From an uncultured bacterium (GTDB lineage: Bacteria; Abyssobacteria; SURF-5), in assembly GCA_964510165.1 (NCBI GenBank), contig CAZEBC010000028.1:1592-28357 (forward strand): a stretch of 26,766 bases of DNA, written 5' to 3'. How positions within the stretch are numbered: position 1 is the first letter of the stretch; each line of letters opens with the position of its first letter. The translations under genes and the position numbers were made by a program. This document shows, one piece after another, positions 9,213 through 18,851 of this stretch. Below the pieces are notes generated by a model. That model did no database searches and was not told where the DNA came from. It saw nothing but the letters and a program-made list of their open reading frames with translations.

Positions 9213-10205
9213 ATGAGTTCAAGGAATATTCTCGTTACCGGCGGGGCCGGCTATATAGGAAGCCACACGGTCAAGGAGCTTGCCCGGCGGGGATATCGCA
9301 CGGTCACTCTTGACAACCTCTCCACGGGCCACCGCGAATCGGTGCGCAACGGGGAGTTTGTCGAGGTGGACCTGCGAGACCTGAAGCGGCTTCGCGAGGC
9401 GCTTTCACGGCATTCCATTGACGCGGTGATCCATTTTGCGGCATCCTGCTACGTGGGCGAATCGGTTCACGAGCCGATGAAGTATTTCGAGAACAATGTT
9501 CTCTCGGGCCTGAATCTGCTTGCCGCGATGGTGGAACGGAACATCGGGATGATAATCTTCTCATCGACCGCGGCAGTGTACGGCAACCCTAGGGCAGTCC
9601 CGATTGTTGAGGATGAGCCTCAGCTCCCGATAAACCCGTACGGGCAGACCAAGTCCCTGTTTGAGGATATCCTCCGAAGCCACGAGCGGCTTCATGGAAT
9701 TCGCTCGGTCAGCCTGCGCTATTTCAACGCCGCGGGCGACGACCTTGAGGGAGAGATCGGGGAAATCCACGATCCGGAAACCCATCTGATACCGCTCGCC
9801 CTTGACGCCGCGCTTGGCCACGTGCCCCATCTGGAGATTTACGGGACCGATTACGATACGCCGGACGGCGCCTGCGTCCGCGATTTCGTCCACGTTTGTG
9901 ACCTGGCCGATGCGCATATCCGGTGTCTGGAATATCTGCTCGGGGGCGGCCGAAGCAATGTCTACAATCTCGGGACGGGCAAGGGCTATTCAGTCAAGCA
10001 AGTCGTGGAGACGGCGGAGCGGGTGACCGGGCGCCCGATACCGCGCATCGAAGGCCCTCGCAGGCCCGGCGACCCGCCGGAACTGGTTGCCAGCGCAGAA
10101 AAGATCAGGTCCGAGCTTGGATGGACTCCGAAGCACTCGTCCCTGGAAGAAATTCTCAGGACGGCTTGGACGTGGCAGAAAAAGCTGCGTGGATGCGCCG
10201 AGTGA
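9213..10205 (+). CDS. galE: UDP-glucose 4-epimerase
   Basis: TGGAGYIGSH, VIHFAA, FSSTAAVYG, YGQTK (YxxxK), LRYFNAAG, ETHLIP, RDFVHV, RRPGDP. Alternative start TTG 9204. Confidence 0.93.
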   Translation: MSSRNILVTGGAGYIGSHTVKELARRGYRTVTLDNLSTGHRESVRNGEFVEVDLRDLKRLREALSRHSIDAVIHFAASCYVGESVHEPMKYFENNVLSGLNLLAAMVERNIGMIIFSSTAAVYGNPRAVPIVEDEPQLPINPYGQTKSLFEDILRSHERLHGIRSVSLRYFNAAGDDLEGEIGEIHDPETHLIPLALDAALGHVPHLEIYGTDYDTPDGACVRDFVHVCDLADAHIRCLEYLLGGGRSNVYNLGTGKGYSVKQVVETAERVTGRPIPRIEGPRRPGDPPELVASAEKIRSELGWTPKHSSLEEILRTAWTWQKKLRGCAE

Positions 10206-10226
10206 TCCCGTCGGTGGAGGCGCTTG

Positions 10227-11810
10227 ATGACGCTTTCGGCGAAAACGCGTCATGCTTGGATGCCGTTAGCGGTCGCGCTTCTGGCGGCGCTTGTCTTCCT
10301 CAATTCGCTCGGTAATGATTTCGTCTGGGACGACAACGAGTTGATCGTCCACAACCCCGCCGTTCACGATTTCTCGGACCCTGTCCGATTCTTCTCAGGC
10401 CATTTCTGGTCGCAATCCGATCAGCCGAGCGCGCGAGGATACTATCGCCCGCTGATACTGCTGTCCTATGCCGCCGATTACGCGCTGTGGGGACCGAACC
10501 CGTTCGGCTTTCATCTCGTCAACGTGCTCTGGCATGCGCTCGCGGCGGTCCTTGTCTGCCTGGTCGCTGCAAGGCTGACATCTTCTCCGACAGCATCGCT
10601 CCTGGCGGGCGCCTGGTTCGCGGTTCATCCCGTGCACGCGGAATCGGTCGCATTCATCTCGGGACGGACCGATGTGATCGCGACCGCGTGCGTGCTCGCG
10701 TCGTTCCATTTCTTTCTCCGTGAGCGGGATCGGCAATCTCCGTCAGTAAATACGCCAGTGTCAATCCTCTTCTTTGCGCTCGCGCTGCTGGCAAAGGAAG
10801 CGGCGGCGGTATTGCCATTGCTCTTCCTTATCGGTGAGATTGTCGCGTTACCCCGGCGAACCGAGCGACGCAGAGTCTTGCTGCATGCCGGCTATTGGCT
10901 GGTGCTTGGGCTCTACATGGGCCTCCGGTTCGGAATCTTGCATATCACGCCGGAGTTGACGGACACATTGAGCTTGAAGGAAATCGTATTGACGATGCCG
11001 ACTGTGGCGACGGACTACATGAGGCTGCTTCTATTTCCCCTTGAACTGTGCGCCGATTACGTCGTGAAGCCGCGGAGCGAGCTCGGGGCGTCCGCACTGG
11101 CAAGCATCATGGCGGTCCTTGTCATTTGCGGCATCGCTGGCGCGCTCGTCATCAAGAAAAGGATGAGCGGGTTCTTTCTGGCGTGGATGCTCGTCTGTCT
11201 ATTGCCGGTGATGCAGATCGTACCCATATCGGTCCTGAAAGCGGAGAGATTCCTCTATCTGCCGTCGGTCGGTTTTTGCGCGCTTGTGGGCCTGGCGGGC
11301 GGGTCTTTGCTGGCCAAGTGCGAGCGTCGTGCCGCCCGGATAGCCTCTGGCTCGGCATTCACGGCGATTCTCTTCGTATTCTCCTTCCGAACACTCGCGC
11401 GAAACCTCGACTGGAAGGACGAACTGACGCTGTATCGAGTTACCGCGTCGTGCGCGCCCGACAATTTCCGCGTGCAATACAATCTCGGAAACGCGTATTT
11501 TCGGGCGGGTGATATCAACGAAGCTTTGACCCACACCGAGGTCGCGTTTCGTCTTCGCCCCGATTTTCCACAGGTCAGCTACAATCTGGGCGTGATTTAC
11601 TCCGAGATGGAAAGATATGAAGATGCCGAGCGAATGTATCGGAGGGCAATAGAGATTGCGCCCGATTATGCCGCCGCGCACAATAACCTGGCCGCGCTCC
11701 TCTACCTGGACGGACGCATCGCAGAGGCACAAAAAGAATGGGAGAAAGCGCTGGCGCTTGACCCGGGTCTTGAGCAGGCGCGCGAGGGCCTCGGCCTGCT
11801 CGTCAAGTAG
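10227..11810 (+). CDS. TMTC-like polytopic membrane protein with C-terminal TPRs (putative GT-C glycosyltransferase)
   Basis: FVWDD in the first loop, YYRPL, GFHLVNVLWH, FAVHPVHAESVAFISGR, LLAKE, ERFLYLPS, RNLDW, then about 3-4 TPR repeats (YNLG...). GGAGG SD. Confidence 0.85.
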   Translation: MTLSAKTRHAWMPLAVALLAALVFLNSLGNDFVWDDNELIVHNPAVHDFSDPVRFFSGHFWSQSDQPSARGYYRPLILLSYAADYALWGPNPFGFHLVNVLWHALAAVLVCLVAARLTSSPTASLLAGAWFAVHPVHAESVAFISGRTDVIATACVLASFHFFLRERDRQSPSVNTPVSILFFALALLAKEAAAVLPLLFLIGEIVALPRRTERRRVLLHAGYWLVLGLYMGLRFGILHITPELTDTLSLKEIVLTMPTVATDYMRLLLFPLELCADYVVKPRSELGASALASIMAVLVICGIAGALVIKKRMSGFFLAWMLVCLLPVMQIVPISVLKAERFLYLPSVGFCALVGLAGGSLLAKCERRAARIASGSAFTAILFVFSFRTLARNLDWKDELTLYRVTASCAPDNFRVQYNLGNAYFRAGDINEALTHTEVAFRLRPDFPQVSYNLGVIYSEMERYEDAERMYRRAIEIAPDYAAAHNNLAALLYLDGRIAEAQKEWEKALALDPGLEQAREGLGLLVK

Positions 11811-11896
11811 TTGTTCCCTCCGTAAATTGGGCACGTCCCGCGCGGCGCGGGACATGGTGTCCTCAATCTATCGGGCAATCACGAGCTCAGCGCGAA

Positions 11897-12325
11897 TCAG
11901 CCCACCTCCACAAGCTCGATATCGAAAGTCAAGTTTCTGCCCGCCAGCGGGTGATTGGCGTCGAGGGTCACAGTTGTCTCCGATACCTCGGTAACAGTCA
12001 CGATGATCGAGCGGCCGTCTGACCGCCTCATCTGGAGTTGTTGCCCAATCTCCGGCTGGATATGGTCCGGAAACTCCTGCCTGTTTACCGGCACGACCAT
12101 CTCGTTGTGATGAGGCCCGTACGCTTTCTCGGCGGGAATATTTGCAGTCTTGGTTTCACCCGTTTCCATTCCGACAATAGCCTCCTCGAAGCCCGAGATC
12201 ACTTGTCCGCCGCCAATCGTGAATTCAAGCGGTTCGCGGTCGACGGAGCTGTCGAACACCGTTCCGTCATCCAGCTTGCCGGTATAGTGCACTTTCACCT
12301 TGTCGCCGTTTTTCGCCTGTGCCAT
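11897..12325 (-). CDS. slyD: FKBP-type peptidyl-prolyl isomerase with IF chaperone domain (SlyD/SlpA-like, no His-rich tail)
   Basis: [61 protein letters not shown] before ATG 12325 (alternative 12328). Confidence 0.88.
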   Translation of the reverse strand: MAQAKNGDKVKVHYTGKLDDGTVFDSSVDREPLEFTIGGGQVISGFEEAIVGMETGETKTANIPAEKAYGPHHNEMVVPVNRQEFPDHIQPEIGQQLQMRRSDGRSIIVTVTEVSETTVTLDANHPLAGRNLTFDIELVEVG

Positions 12326-12459
12326 CATACTCTCCTTTGTTTGATTTGGTTGAGATGACACGAAAAGCCAGGCGCGTGTCCTTGCCGCGGCGTAAAGCCG
12401 ACAGCCCCATTCGATAAGCGCTCTGGCATGTCGCCGAATCTGTTATCAGCTCTCCTTCA

Positions 12460-12488
12460 ACTATAAACGAAAAGTGTGCCCGTGTCCA
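12460..12488 (-). promoter_or_regulatory. Sigma70-type promoter of the PPIase gene
   Basis: TGGACA (12488-12483), 17 nt spacer, TATAGT (12465-12460). Confidence 0.6.
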
Positions 12489-12612
12489 CGAATTTCGGGA
12501 AACTTCTCAAGATGTGGCCCTCAGAATGGCAAGAATTGGGCGGGTGCGCCCGCTCATCCGCATTCTCGGCTCACTGAGAAGAGCCGAAGTATATCCCAAA
12601 CTTCCAAGCCGG

Positions 12613-12641
12613 TTGCACTGCCTGATGCACTATGATATTAT
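12613..12641 (+). promoter_or_regulatory. Sigma70-type promoter of the sulfatase-like gene
   Basis: TTGCAC (12613-12618), 17 nt spacer ending in TGA (extended -10), TATTAT (12636-12641). Confidence 0.6.
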
Positions 12642-12653
12642 ACCCGAAATTCG

Positions 12654-14984
12654 ATGGAGCACCATTTTCAGATGCAACTGTTGGCCGCACGCATTACGAG
12701 ACACCTGAAAGAGGCACTCATCATCCTCAGTTGCGGGATTGCCCTCGGAGTCGCCTTTCATATTTATAAGTTTGAGGCGGGAGGCGACACCTTTTGGAAT
12801 GTTCGACTGCTGCTGATATCCCTCGTGGGGGTGCTGCTATTCCTTGTGTTTCGGCATCTTGATGCACGTCTCATTCGGCTGATGGCGCGAAACTACGACA
12901 CCACCGCCCACCGCGAAACCTCTATCGCCAATCTCCCTCTCCTCCTGGTCTTGCTGTATCCGTTGCAGAGGAAGGCTACATATGAGATGTGGCCCAAACC
13001 ACTGTTCCTGCAGTATCTGGCCTTTGTGGTGGGACTGCTTGTATTGTTCAAGATCATTGTCGCAGTAAATGCGAGAAAAAGAGCGGGCCGCACACCCGAG
13101 ACGCTCCAGCATGCCTTACCCGGCTTCCCAACGCTGTGCATCATTTCAACCGTATTGGCGGTCTCGCTGTTCTGGGTCCATCAGTACACGCGAGTTTTCG
13201 ACAGCTTTTATCGAATACTTCCGGACGGAAATCCCGGCAACCAATACATATTTGACAAGTACATCGCGCGGGAGGGATGTATCAGTCCGAGCGTGAAGCG
13301 CTCAGACGAAATACCGTCCGGCCATATCAATCTGACAATCGGCTGCAAGGTAATGGAGATATCGACAAAGGCACTCGCGAAGTTTAGCGCCATTCCGCTC
13401 GCAGTCACGTTACAAGTCACCGACGAGGATAAACGCGTCCTGCATGAGGAACATGCAATCATAAACGCTTCGCGCAATGATGCCGCCGTATGGCATGACT
13501 TCAACCTCGAGCTCCCTCGCTTCAAGGGAGGCACGCTCGAGTTCCTCATGGATGCAAGACCCCTGCTGTCAAAAATGGACCGGGCGTTCCTCCGGGATAT
13601 CCTATTCCACAACCCTCTGGATTTTTCACACTGGAACGGCATGGTCGTCAAGTTCGCGTGGAGCAAGCCCGAGATCAGCGAGATTCTCGAGAAGCTGCCC
13701 AATGTATTTCTTGTATCCATCGATACGCTGAGGCCCGATCGCCTGGGTTGCTATGGTTACCCAAAGCGCATCAGCCCCGCAATCGACTCGCTGGCAGACG
13801 TCGGAATACTCTACGAGAATGCCTTCAGCCAGAGCACATGGACCCTTCCATCGCATCTCTCGATGTTGACAAGCATGTTCCCGAACGAGCTGTACCTTGC
13901 CACCGGCGGCATTGACGAAACCTTCTACAGGGTGCATGAATCAGGCATCCTCACAAACCCTCACACGACTCTCGCCCAAACGCTCAGGAACGCGCGGTAC
14001 TACAGCATCGGCTTCACCGGCGGAGGCTATGTCTCAAGTTTTTATGGATTCTACAAAGGGTTTTACCTCTACGACGAACGATACGGCGATACCTGCAACT
14101 CGTTCCAATTGGCCGAGCGCTGGCTCGATAAGAATTTAAAAAAGAAATGCTTCATGTTCATCCATACCTACCTCGTGCATGACTACGCGCTCGAATACGA
14201 GCCGCTCACCCAGGAGAACCGGCGCGTGGAACCGCCGAAGAAGGGCACGGAGGACTGCGGGCTCACCCCACCCAGCGCGGAGGAAATCAAGGCGGCCTGT
14301 CCGGACTACGAGAAACTTGACGCCTATGACAAACGCATCGCAATGCTGGATGTGTTCGTCCGCGACTTCATCTCTTACCTCAAGGAGAAAGGATTGTTCG
14401 AAAACTCCCTCATAGTCTTTACGAGCGACCACGGAGAGTCCTTTGGCGAACTTCATGATGACGGCAAGACGCGAATAATGTGGCACATGCGGCCGCCTTA
14501 CGAGTCTCAGATAAGGATCCCCCTCATTGTCAAACTTCCCGCAAGTGCACATGTCTCAGTGCCTACACGGATTTCTGAGAACGTGCGCCTCGTTGACGTG
14601 GCGCCCACCATCCTCGCCGTGCTCGGTTTGGGCATTCCTGAGCAATTCCGGGGACAGCCGCTGCCGCCGGTCGCACGCGAACGCCGAACGCCGCATGATT
14701 TCGTGTACGCAACCGGCCGTACCCCCTCGGTAGGTTGCATGAGAGACGGAAAACTGAAATACATTGACAATCAGTCGTATGAGGAGTTCTACGACCTGCA
14801 AAAGGACCCGATGGAACTTCACAATCTGGCCGACTCACAGCCGCCCGAGATGCTTCGCATGAAGAAGGAATATCGTGAATTCCTGGAGGAAGTCGGCAAG
14901 AAAGGCATCTCCCCCGAAGATACAACCGAGGTCGCTCCCGCACAGATCAGAGAACAACTGAAAGCCCTCGGCTATCTTGAATGA
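12654..14984 (+). CDS. Membrane-anchored sulfatase-like / alkaline-phosphatase-superfamily protein
   Basis: About five N-terminal hydrophobic segments. C-terminal domain has PNVFLVSIDTLRPD, WTLPSH, FIHTYLVH, TSDHGESFGE, IRIPLIV, LVDVAPTIL, YDLQKDPME, QLKALGY. Start uncertain (12654 or 12672). Confidence 0.85.
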   Translation: MEHHFQMQLLAARITRHLKEALIILSCGIALGVAFHIYKFEAGGDTFWNVRLLLISLVGVLLFLVFRHLDARLIRLMARNYDTTAHRETSIANLPLLLVLLYPLQRKATYEMWPKPLFLQYLAFVVGLLVLFKIIVAVNARKRAGRTPETLQHALPGFPTLCIISTVLAVSLFWVHQYTRVFDSFYRILPDGNPGNQYIFDKYIAREGCISPSVKRSDEIPSGHINLTIGCKVMEISTKALAKFSAIPLAVTLQVTDEDKRVLHEEHAIINASRNDAAVWHDFNLELPRFKGGTLEFLMDARPLLSKMDRAFLRDILFHNPLDFSHWNGMVVKFAWSKPEISEILEKLPNVFLVSIDTLRPDRLGCYGYPKRISPAIDSLADVGILYENAFSQSTWTLPSHLSMLTSMFPNELYLATGGIDETFYRVHESGILTNPHTTLAQTLRNARYYSIGFTGGGYVSSFYGFYKGFYLYDERYGDTCNSFQLAERWLDKNLKKKCFMFIHTYLVHDYALEYEPLTQENRRVEPPKKGTEDCGLTPPSAEEIKAACPDYEKLDAYDKRIAMLDVFVRDFISYLKEKGLFENSLIVFTSDHGESFGELHDDGKTRIMWHMRPPYESQIRIPLIVKLPASAHVSVPTRISENVRLVDVAPTILAVLGLGIPEQFRGQPLPPVARERRTPHDFVYATGRTPSVGCMRDGKLKYIDNQSYEEFYDLQKDPMELHNLADSQPPEMLRMKKEYREFLEEVGKKGISPEDTTEVAPAQIREQLKALGYLE

Positions 14985-15045
14985 CTTCGGGAAATGTCGG
15001 CCCACTCTCTGCCAGCAAGAAGCTCAATCGCACAGCAAACCCGAA

Positions 15046-15483
15046 CTAACTCGCTCGGGAATATCCTGCGGTCGTGAGAAGCCGTTGCGTATCGGCATGC
15101 AGTTCGTCCCAGCGGTTCTTCAGAGCCTCCCCGTCCCACCACTCAGCCTCGGCGATGTCATCATCGGGACTGAGTTTGCCCCCGATGAGGTCCGCCAGGA
15201 AGTCCACATAGACCACGTGCAGGCTCACGCTGCCCTCATCGCGCACGATTCTCTCGAATGGCGGAAGGATTCGTCCCAGCTTGATGTCGAGATGCGTTTC
15301 CTCACGCACTTCCCTGAGCGCGCCCTCGGCGAGCGTCTCACCCATCTCAAGCCTGCCGCCGGGACAAATCCATTTGCCCTGCCAGAAGCCGCCGCGTTCG
15401 CGCTTATGTCGAACAAGGAGGATTCGGCCCTCCTTATCGCGTATCACCGCTCCGGCCGCGAGCAGTACTTCTTCGCCATCCAT
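15046..15483 (-). CDS. Nudix hydrolase (MutT/ADP-ribose pyrophosphatase-like)
   Basis: Nudix box GGRLEMGETLAEGALREVREETHL. ATG 15483 with a GAGG SD; an in-frame GTG at 15495 overlaps the upstream stop. Confidence 0.88.
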   Translation of the reverse strand: MDGEEVLLAAGAVIRDKEGRILLVRHKRERGGFWQGKWICPGGRLEMGETLAEGALREVREETHLDIKLGRILPPFERIVRDEGSVSLHVVYVDFLADLIGGKLSPDDDIAEAEWWDGEALKNRWDELHADTQRLLTTAGYSRAS

Positions 15484-15491
15484 GTCAAGCC

Positions 15492-17768
15492 TCACACGGT
15501 AAGCCCGCGATAGACGCGCGGGAGAATCCTCGGCAGCGCGCTCGGCCTCTTGACGACCAGATAATTCTCGCCGCCACACATCTCGCGCAGGTAATCGTTG
15601 CCCGCCTGATCAACGGTGACGCAGAACGTATGCACGTTCCTTCGTTTGGCCTCCCTGAGCGCCATCATCGTGTCGTGTAACCCGTACTCGCGGCTGGTGC
15701 GGTCAGGTCCGTAGTCGAAGTCCTGCGGATACCCATCGCTCAGCAGGATGAGTGCCTTCAGCCTGCTCCCGGTTCCGGCGAGTTTTTCGAGCGCGTGCCT
15801 GATGGCCGGCCCCATGCGGGTGCTCTTGCGAGGTTTGATGGCGCCGATGCGACGCCGCACCCGCTCGGAATACGATTCGGAGAACTCCTTGATGGGAAAG
15901 AATTCGATGTTGTCGCGGCCATACCCGGAAAAGCCATAAATGGCATACTCATCGCCCAGGCTCTCGAGCGCCTCGGCCATGATTACGAGCGCCTCCTGCT
16001 CGATGTCGATCACCCGCTTCGTCCCCTGAGGCGTGCCGATGTGTTCCTCTTCGCCTGGCGCGATCCCTCTCGAGAAATATTCAAGCAGTCTCGCCTGCGA
16101 GGATGACCTCGGGCGGCTCTCGCGAGCCGTCCGCTCTTCCATAATCCACTCATCCGTCGAGGCGCTCAAATCGAGCAGAAACGCCGTCGCCACGTCGCGC
16201 GTCTTGCGCTCGCGTTTTTGATAGATTCTCTCGGACGGCGTGATGCCTGCCTTGCGGTCTATAACCGCGTCAACGGCATCGTTCATCTCGATTTCCTCGC
16301 CGCTCCTCAACCGCTTCACTCGTTTCAGCATTTCGGGACGTATTCGCTGGAAATGCCGCCTCACCGCCGATATGAGCGCTGAACGCTCCTTTCTGATATG
16401 GGTGACGATTTCCACGGAGCCGCCCTCAAGGGGCATCTCCCGCAGACAGCACCAACCGTCCCGGTAATCTCCGATCAGGTAATCCCATTCGTCATAAAGG
16501 AATACTCGCTCGGAGTTTAACGTCTCCGACCCGGCCGGCGCAACCCTCTTCAGCGTCTTCCCCAGTCGCCTTCTTTCCTCGGAAGTCATCTCCCTGAGCT
16601 TCTCCTGGAGCACTCCTTGCAGGTCGGTAATGAACAGGCCCGAAGTGTCGGCAAGCTCTTTCGCGGTGATGCTCCCGATTCTTATCTTCGCGCCGCGCCG
16701 GAGCAACTCCTCCAACATCTCGCGCGTGAGCGGGATACCCTCGCCCTTGGAGTCGGTCGTGGCCTCCCTCAAGATGTCGAGCGCCGCACCGAGTTGAACG
16801 AGTTCGGGCATCGTTTGGCCACGATAAGGAACGGGAACCGATGGACGGTATGGTCGCTCCTGGGCTTCTTGAATTCCGGGTTTTTCGCCAGGTTGAGACA
16901 TTGCGCCCGGCGGCTGGCCTGCAACACGCTCCGTCATCGCGCCGTGGCCGGCAGATTCAACCGCCGAATTGGACACGGCATGAAGAAGCGAGTAGATTTC
17001 CACGGTCGCGAGGGCCGAATCGTTTACGGTGGATTCTTCGCTGAGGACATGCCCAAAGATTCGACGTATTTCGGTGAGAATCGCCGGGGCCAGCCCAAGG
17101 GCAAGCTCTCCCGTTTCTCCCATGAGGGAAAGGCGCACCAAGCTTTCTACCAGCGCCTCCCGCAGCGGAAGCGATAGAGGCGCGGGCCGATTCGCGAGCG
17201 ACGCCCGCGCCACACTCCTGATTTCCGGCGCGAGCCCCTTATATTTTTCGCACAACCTGAAGTCAACGCGACCGTCTTCGACTGCGAAAAAGATGTCGCG
17301 TGCGAGTTGTCGGTCCTCGAACAGGCGGAAGAAAAGCTCGTAGTGGGATTCCAGCGGCTTGCCGATCTCTCGCAAGCCGTACTCGCCAACCGCCGGATGG
17401 TCAAGCAAAATGTCTATATCCAAATCGAATGTCCCGAATTCGATATAGCCCGCCTGATGCGCGGCGAGCACTTTGTACTCTTCGAAATTTCCTTCCTGTG
17501 AGGGATGTGTGTTGATCACTTCGGGCAGGAAGATGATTTTGCCGTCGGTCAACGGCAGATGATGTCCCAGGCGGACGAGTTCCGGCGGCGCCTCACTTGT
17601 TCGCTTCACCTCGACAACCTTGGCCGCCATCGCGCTGCAATAAAGGCGCAAGACCCGCCTGACCTCTCCGAGGTGGACCGACCTGCGTGGACTTTGGGTG
17701 GGTTCCTTGAATCGTTCAGCCGCCCTCTCGATTTCGAGGAGGGCCCGTTCGTCGTTTTTCTTATGCAT
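15492..17768 (-). CDS. CbbO/NorD-family von Willebrand factor A adaptor protein
   Basis: YDEWDY motif, MIDAS LLDLSAST, YAIYGFS, STRMGPAIRHA, LLSDGYPQD, N-terminal TDGKIIFLP...AAHQAG. Start overlaps the AAA+ stop (TGATG). Confidence 0.88.
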   Translation of the reverse strand: MHKKNDERALLEIERAAERFKEPTQSPRRSVHLGEVRRVLRLYCSAMAAKVVEVKRTSEAPPELVRLGHHLPLTDGKIIFLPEVINTHPSQEGNFEEYKVLAAHQAGYIEFGTFDLDIDILLDHPAVGEYGLREIGKPLESHYELFFRLFEDRQLARDIFFAVEDGRVDFRLCEKYKGLAPEIRSVARASLANRPAPLSLPLREALVESLVRLSLMGETGELALGLAPAILTEIRRIFGHVLSEESTVNDSALATVEIYSLLHAVSNSAVESAGHGAMTERVAGQPPGAMSQPGEKPGIQEAQERPYRPSVPVPYRGQTMPELVQLGAALDILREATTDSKGEGIPLTREMLEELLRRGAKIRIGSITAKELADTSGLFITDLQGVLQEKLREMTSEERRRLGKTLKRVAPAGSETLNSERVFLYDEWDYLIGDYRDGWCCLREMPLEGGSVEIVTHIRKERSALISAVRRHFQRIRPEMLKRVKRLRSGEEIEMNDAVDAVIDRKAGITPSERIYQKRERKTRDVATAFLLDLSASTDEWIMEERTARESRPRSSSQARLLEYFSRGIAPGEEEHIGTPQGTKRVIDIEQEALVIMAEALESLGDEYAIYGFSGYGRDNIEFFPIKEFSESYSERVRRRIGAIKPRKSTRMGPAIRHALEKLAGTGSRLKALILLSDGYPQDFDYGPDRTSREYGLHDTMMALREAKRRNVHTFCVTVDQAGNDYLREMCGGENYLVVKRPSALPRILPRVYRGLTV

Positions 17769-18652
17769 CACCGCTCAAAAATGCTTCGAATGATTTCAGT
17801 GACCGCATGCTCCGTCTCGCGGTCATCCGTTATAGACTTGGCCACCGCAAGTTCGCATGCTCGGCGAGGAGCGATACCGGACACCATCAGTTTCGCGGCG
17901 TAAATCAGAAGGCGCGTGCTCACGCCTTCCTCCAGGCCGTGCTCGCGCAAGTGGCGGGTCTTCTCTCCGAGCAGCGCAAGCTGTTCGGCGGATTGCATGT
18001 CCACGCCGCCCTCATGCGCCACAATGCGCGACTCTATCTCCTTCGGCGGATAGTCGAAATCAATCGCGACAAACCTCTGGCGCGTGCTGTGCTTCAGGTT
18101 CTTGAGCACGCTCTGATACCCCGGGTTGTACGATATCACGAGCAGAAAATTCTCGTGCGCGTGGATCATCTGTCCCTTCTTCTCGACCGGCAGAATCCTG
18201 CGATAATCGGCCAGCGGATGGATGAGCACGGTTGTGTCCTTGCGCGCCTCCACGATCTCATCGAGATAACAAATGGCCCCGATCTTGACCGCGCGCGTGA
18301 GCGGGCCGTCTATCCATACGGTCTCATCGCCCTTCAGCAAATAGCGCCCGACAAGATCGCCGGCGCTCAAGTCCTCATGACATGCAACCGTAATGAGCGG
18401 AGAAACCGAATCGCCCGACTCATCCCCGCGCTCGACTCGTTCCCGCTGCAGCGTGTACGCCATGTATTCGATGAAGCGCGTCTTGCCGCAGCCGGTCGGT
18501 CCCTTGAGAAGCACGGGCAGCCTCGACGCGAACGCCGCCCGGAATATCTCCACCTCATCTCGGATCGGCAGATAATACGGCTCCGCCGTGAAGAAATGCT
18601 CTTCAAAGAAGCGCTCGACTCCGCCGAGCCTCTCTGTTTCCCTCTCGCCCAT
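17768..18652 (-). CDS. CbbQ/NirQ/NorQ-family MoxR AAA+ ATPase
   Basis: EPYYLP, Walker [34 protein letters not shown], Walker [35 protein letters not shown]. Confidence 0.93.
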   Translation of the reverse strand: MGERETERLGGVERFFEEHFFTAEPYYLPIRDEVEIFRAAFASRLPVLLKGPTGCGKTRFIEYMAYTLQRERVERGDESGDSVSPLITVACHEDLSAGDLVGRYLLKGDETVWIDGPLTRAVKIGAICYLDEIVEARKDTTVLIHPLADYRRILPVEKKGQMIHAHENFLLVISYNPGYQSVLKNLKHSTRQRFVAIDFDYPPKEIESRIVAHEGGVDMQSAEQLALLGEKTRHLREHGLEEGVSTRLLIYAAKLMVSGIAPRRACELAVAKSITDDRETEHAVTEIIRSIFER

Positions 18653-18851
18653 ATTCTTCCCCAATCAAGGATACAGTGGTTCACCGTTCCCTTTCAGAAT
18701 ATCTTCCGGGCAAACAGTTGTCAAACTGCGGGGGCCGTCCGACCCGATCCGACAGGTCGGACTCACCGCGCTTGCGCCGTTCCACATGGTGTATAATCGT
18801 ACGAACTCGGAGACCGATGCTCAAGCCCATCGAAATAGACAGGAGGCCGCC

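Noticed and set aside
11835-11853. GC hairpin GTCCCGCG-CGG-CGCGGGAC between convergent genes as a terminator
   Set aside because: No U-tract on either strand and only one copy seen, so neither terminator nor REP call can be supported.
12357-12455. Glycine or ZTP riboswitch upstream of the PPIase
   Set aside because: Only fragments match (GGAGAG, CGCCUGG); the remaining conserved cores are absent and the gene context does not fit.
15492-18652. Calling the AAA+/vWA pair cobaltochelatase CobS/CobT because of nearby cob genes
   Set aside because: Motifs ([25 protein letters not shown]) are CbbQ/NorQ and CbbO/NorD type; the pair is 13 kb from the cob operon and no cobN is present.
18588-18851. 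88-aa N-terminal extension of the glucuronidase in the ORF track
   Set aside because: It overlaps the divergent AAA+ gene; the AGGAGG SD and family-typical MLYP start support ATG 18852.
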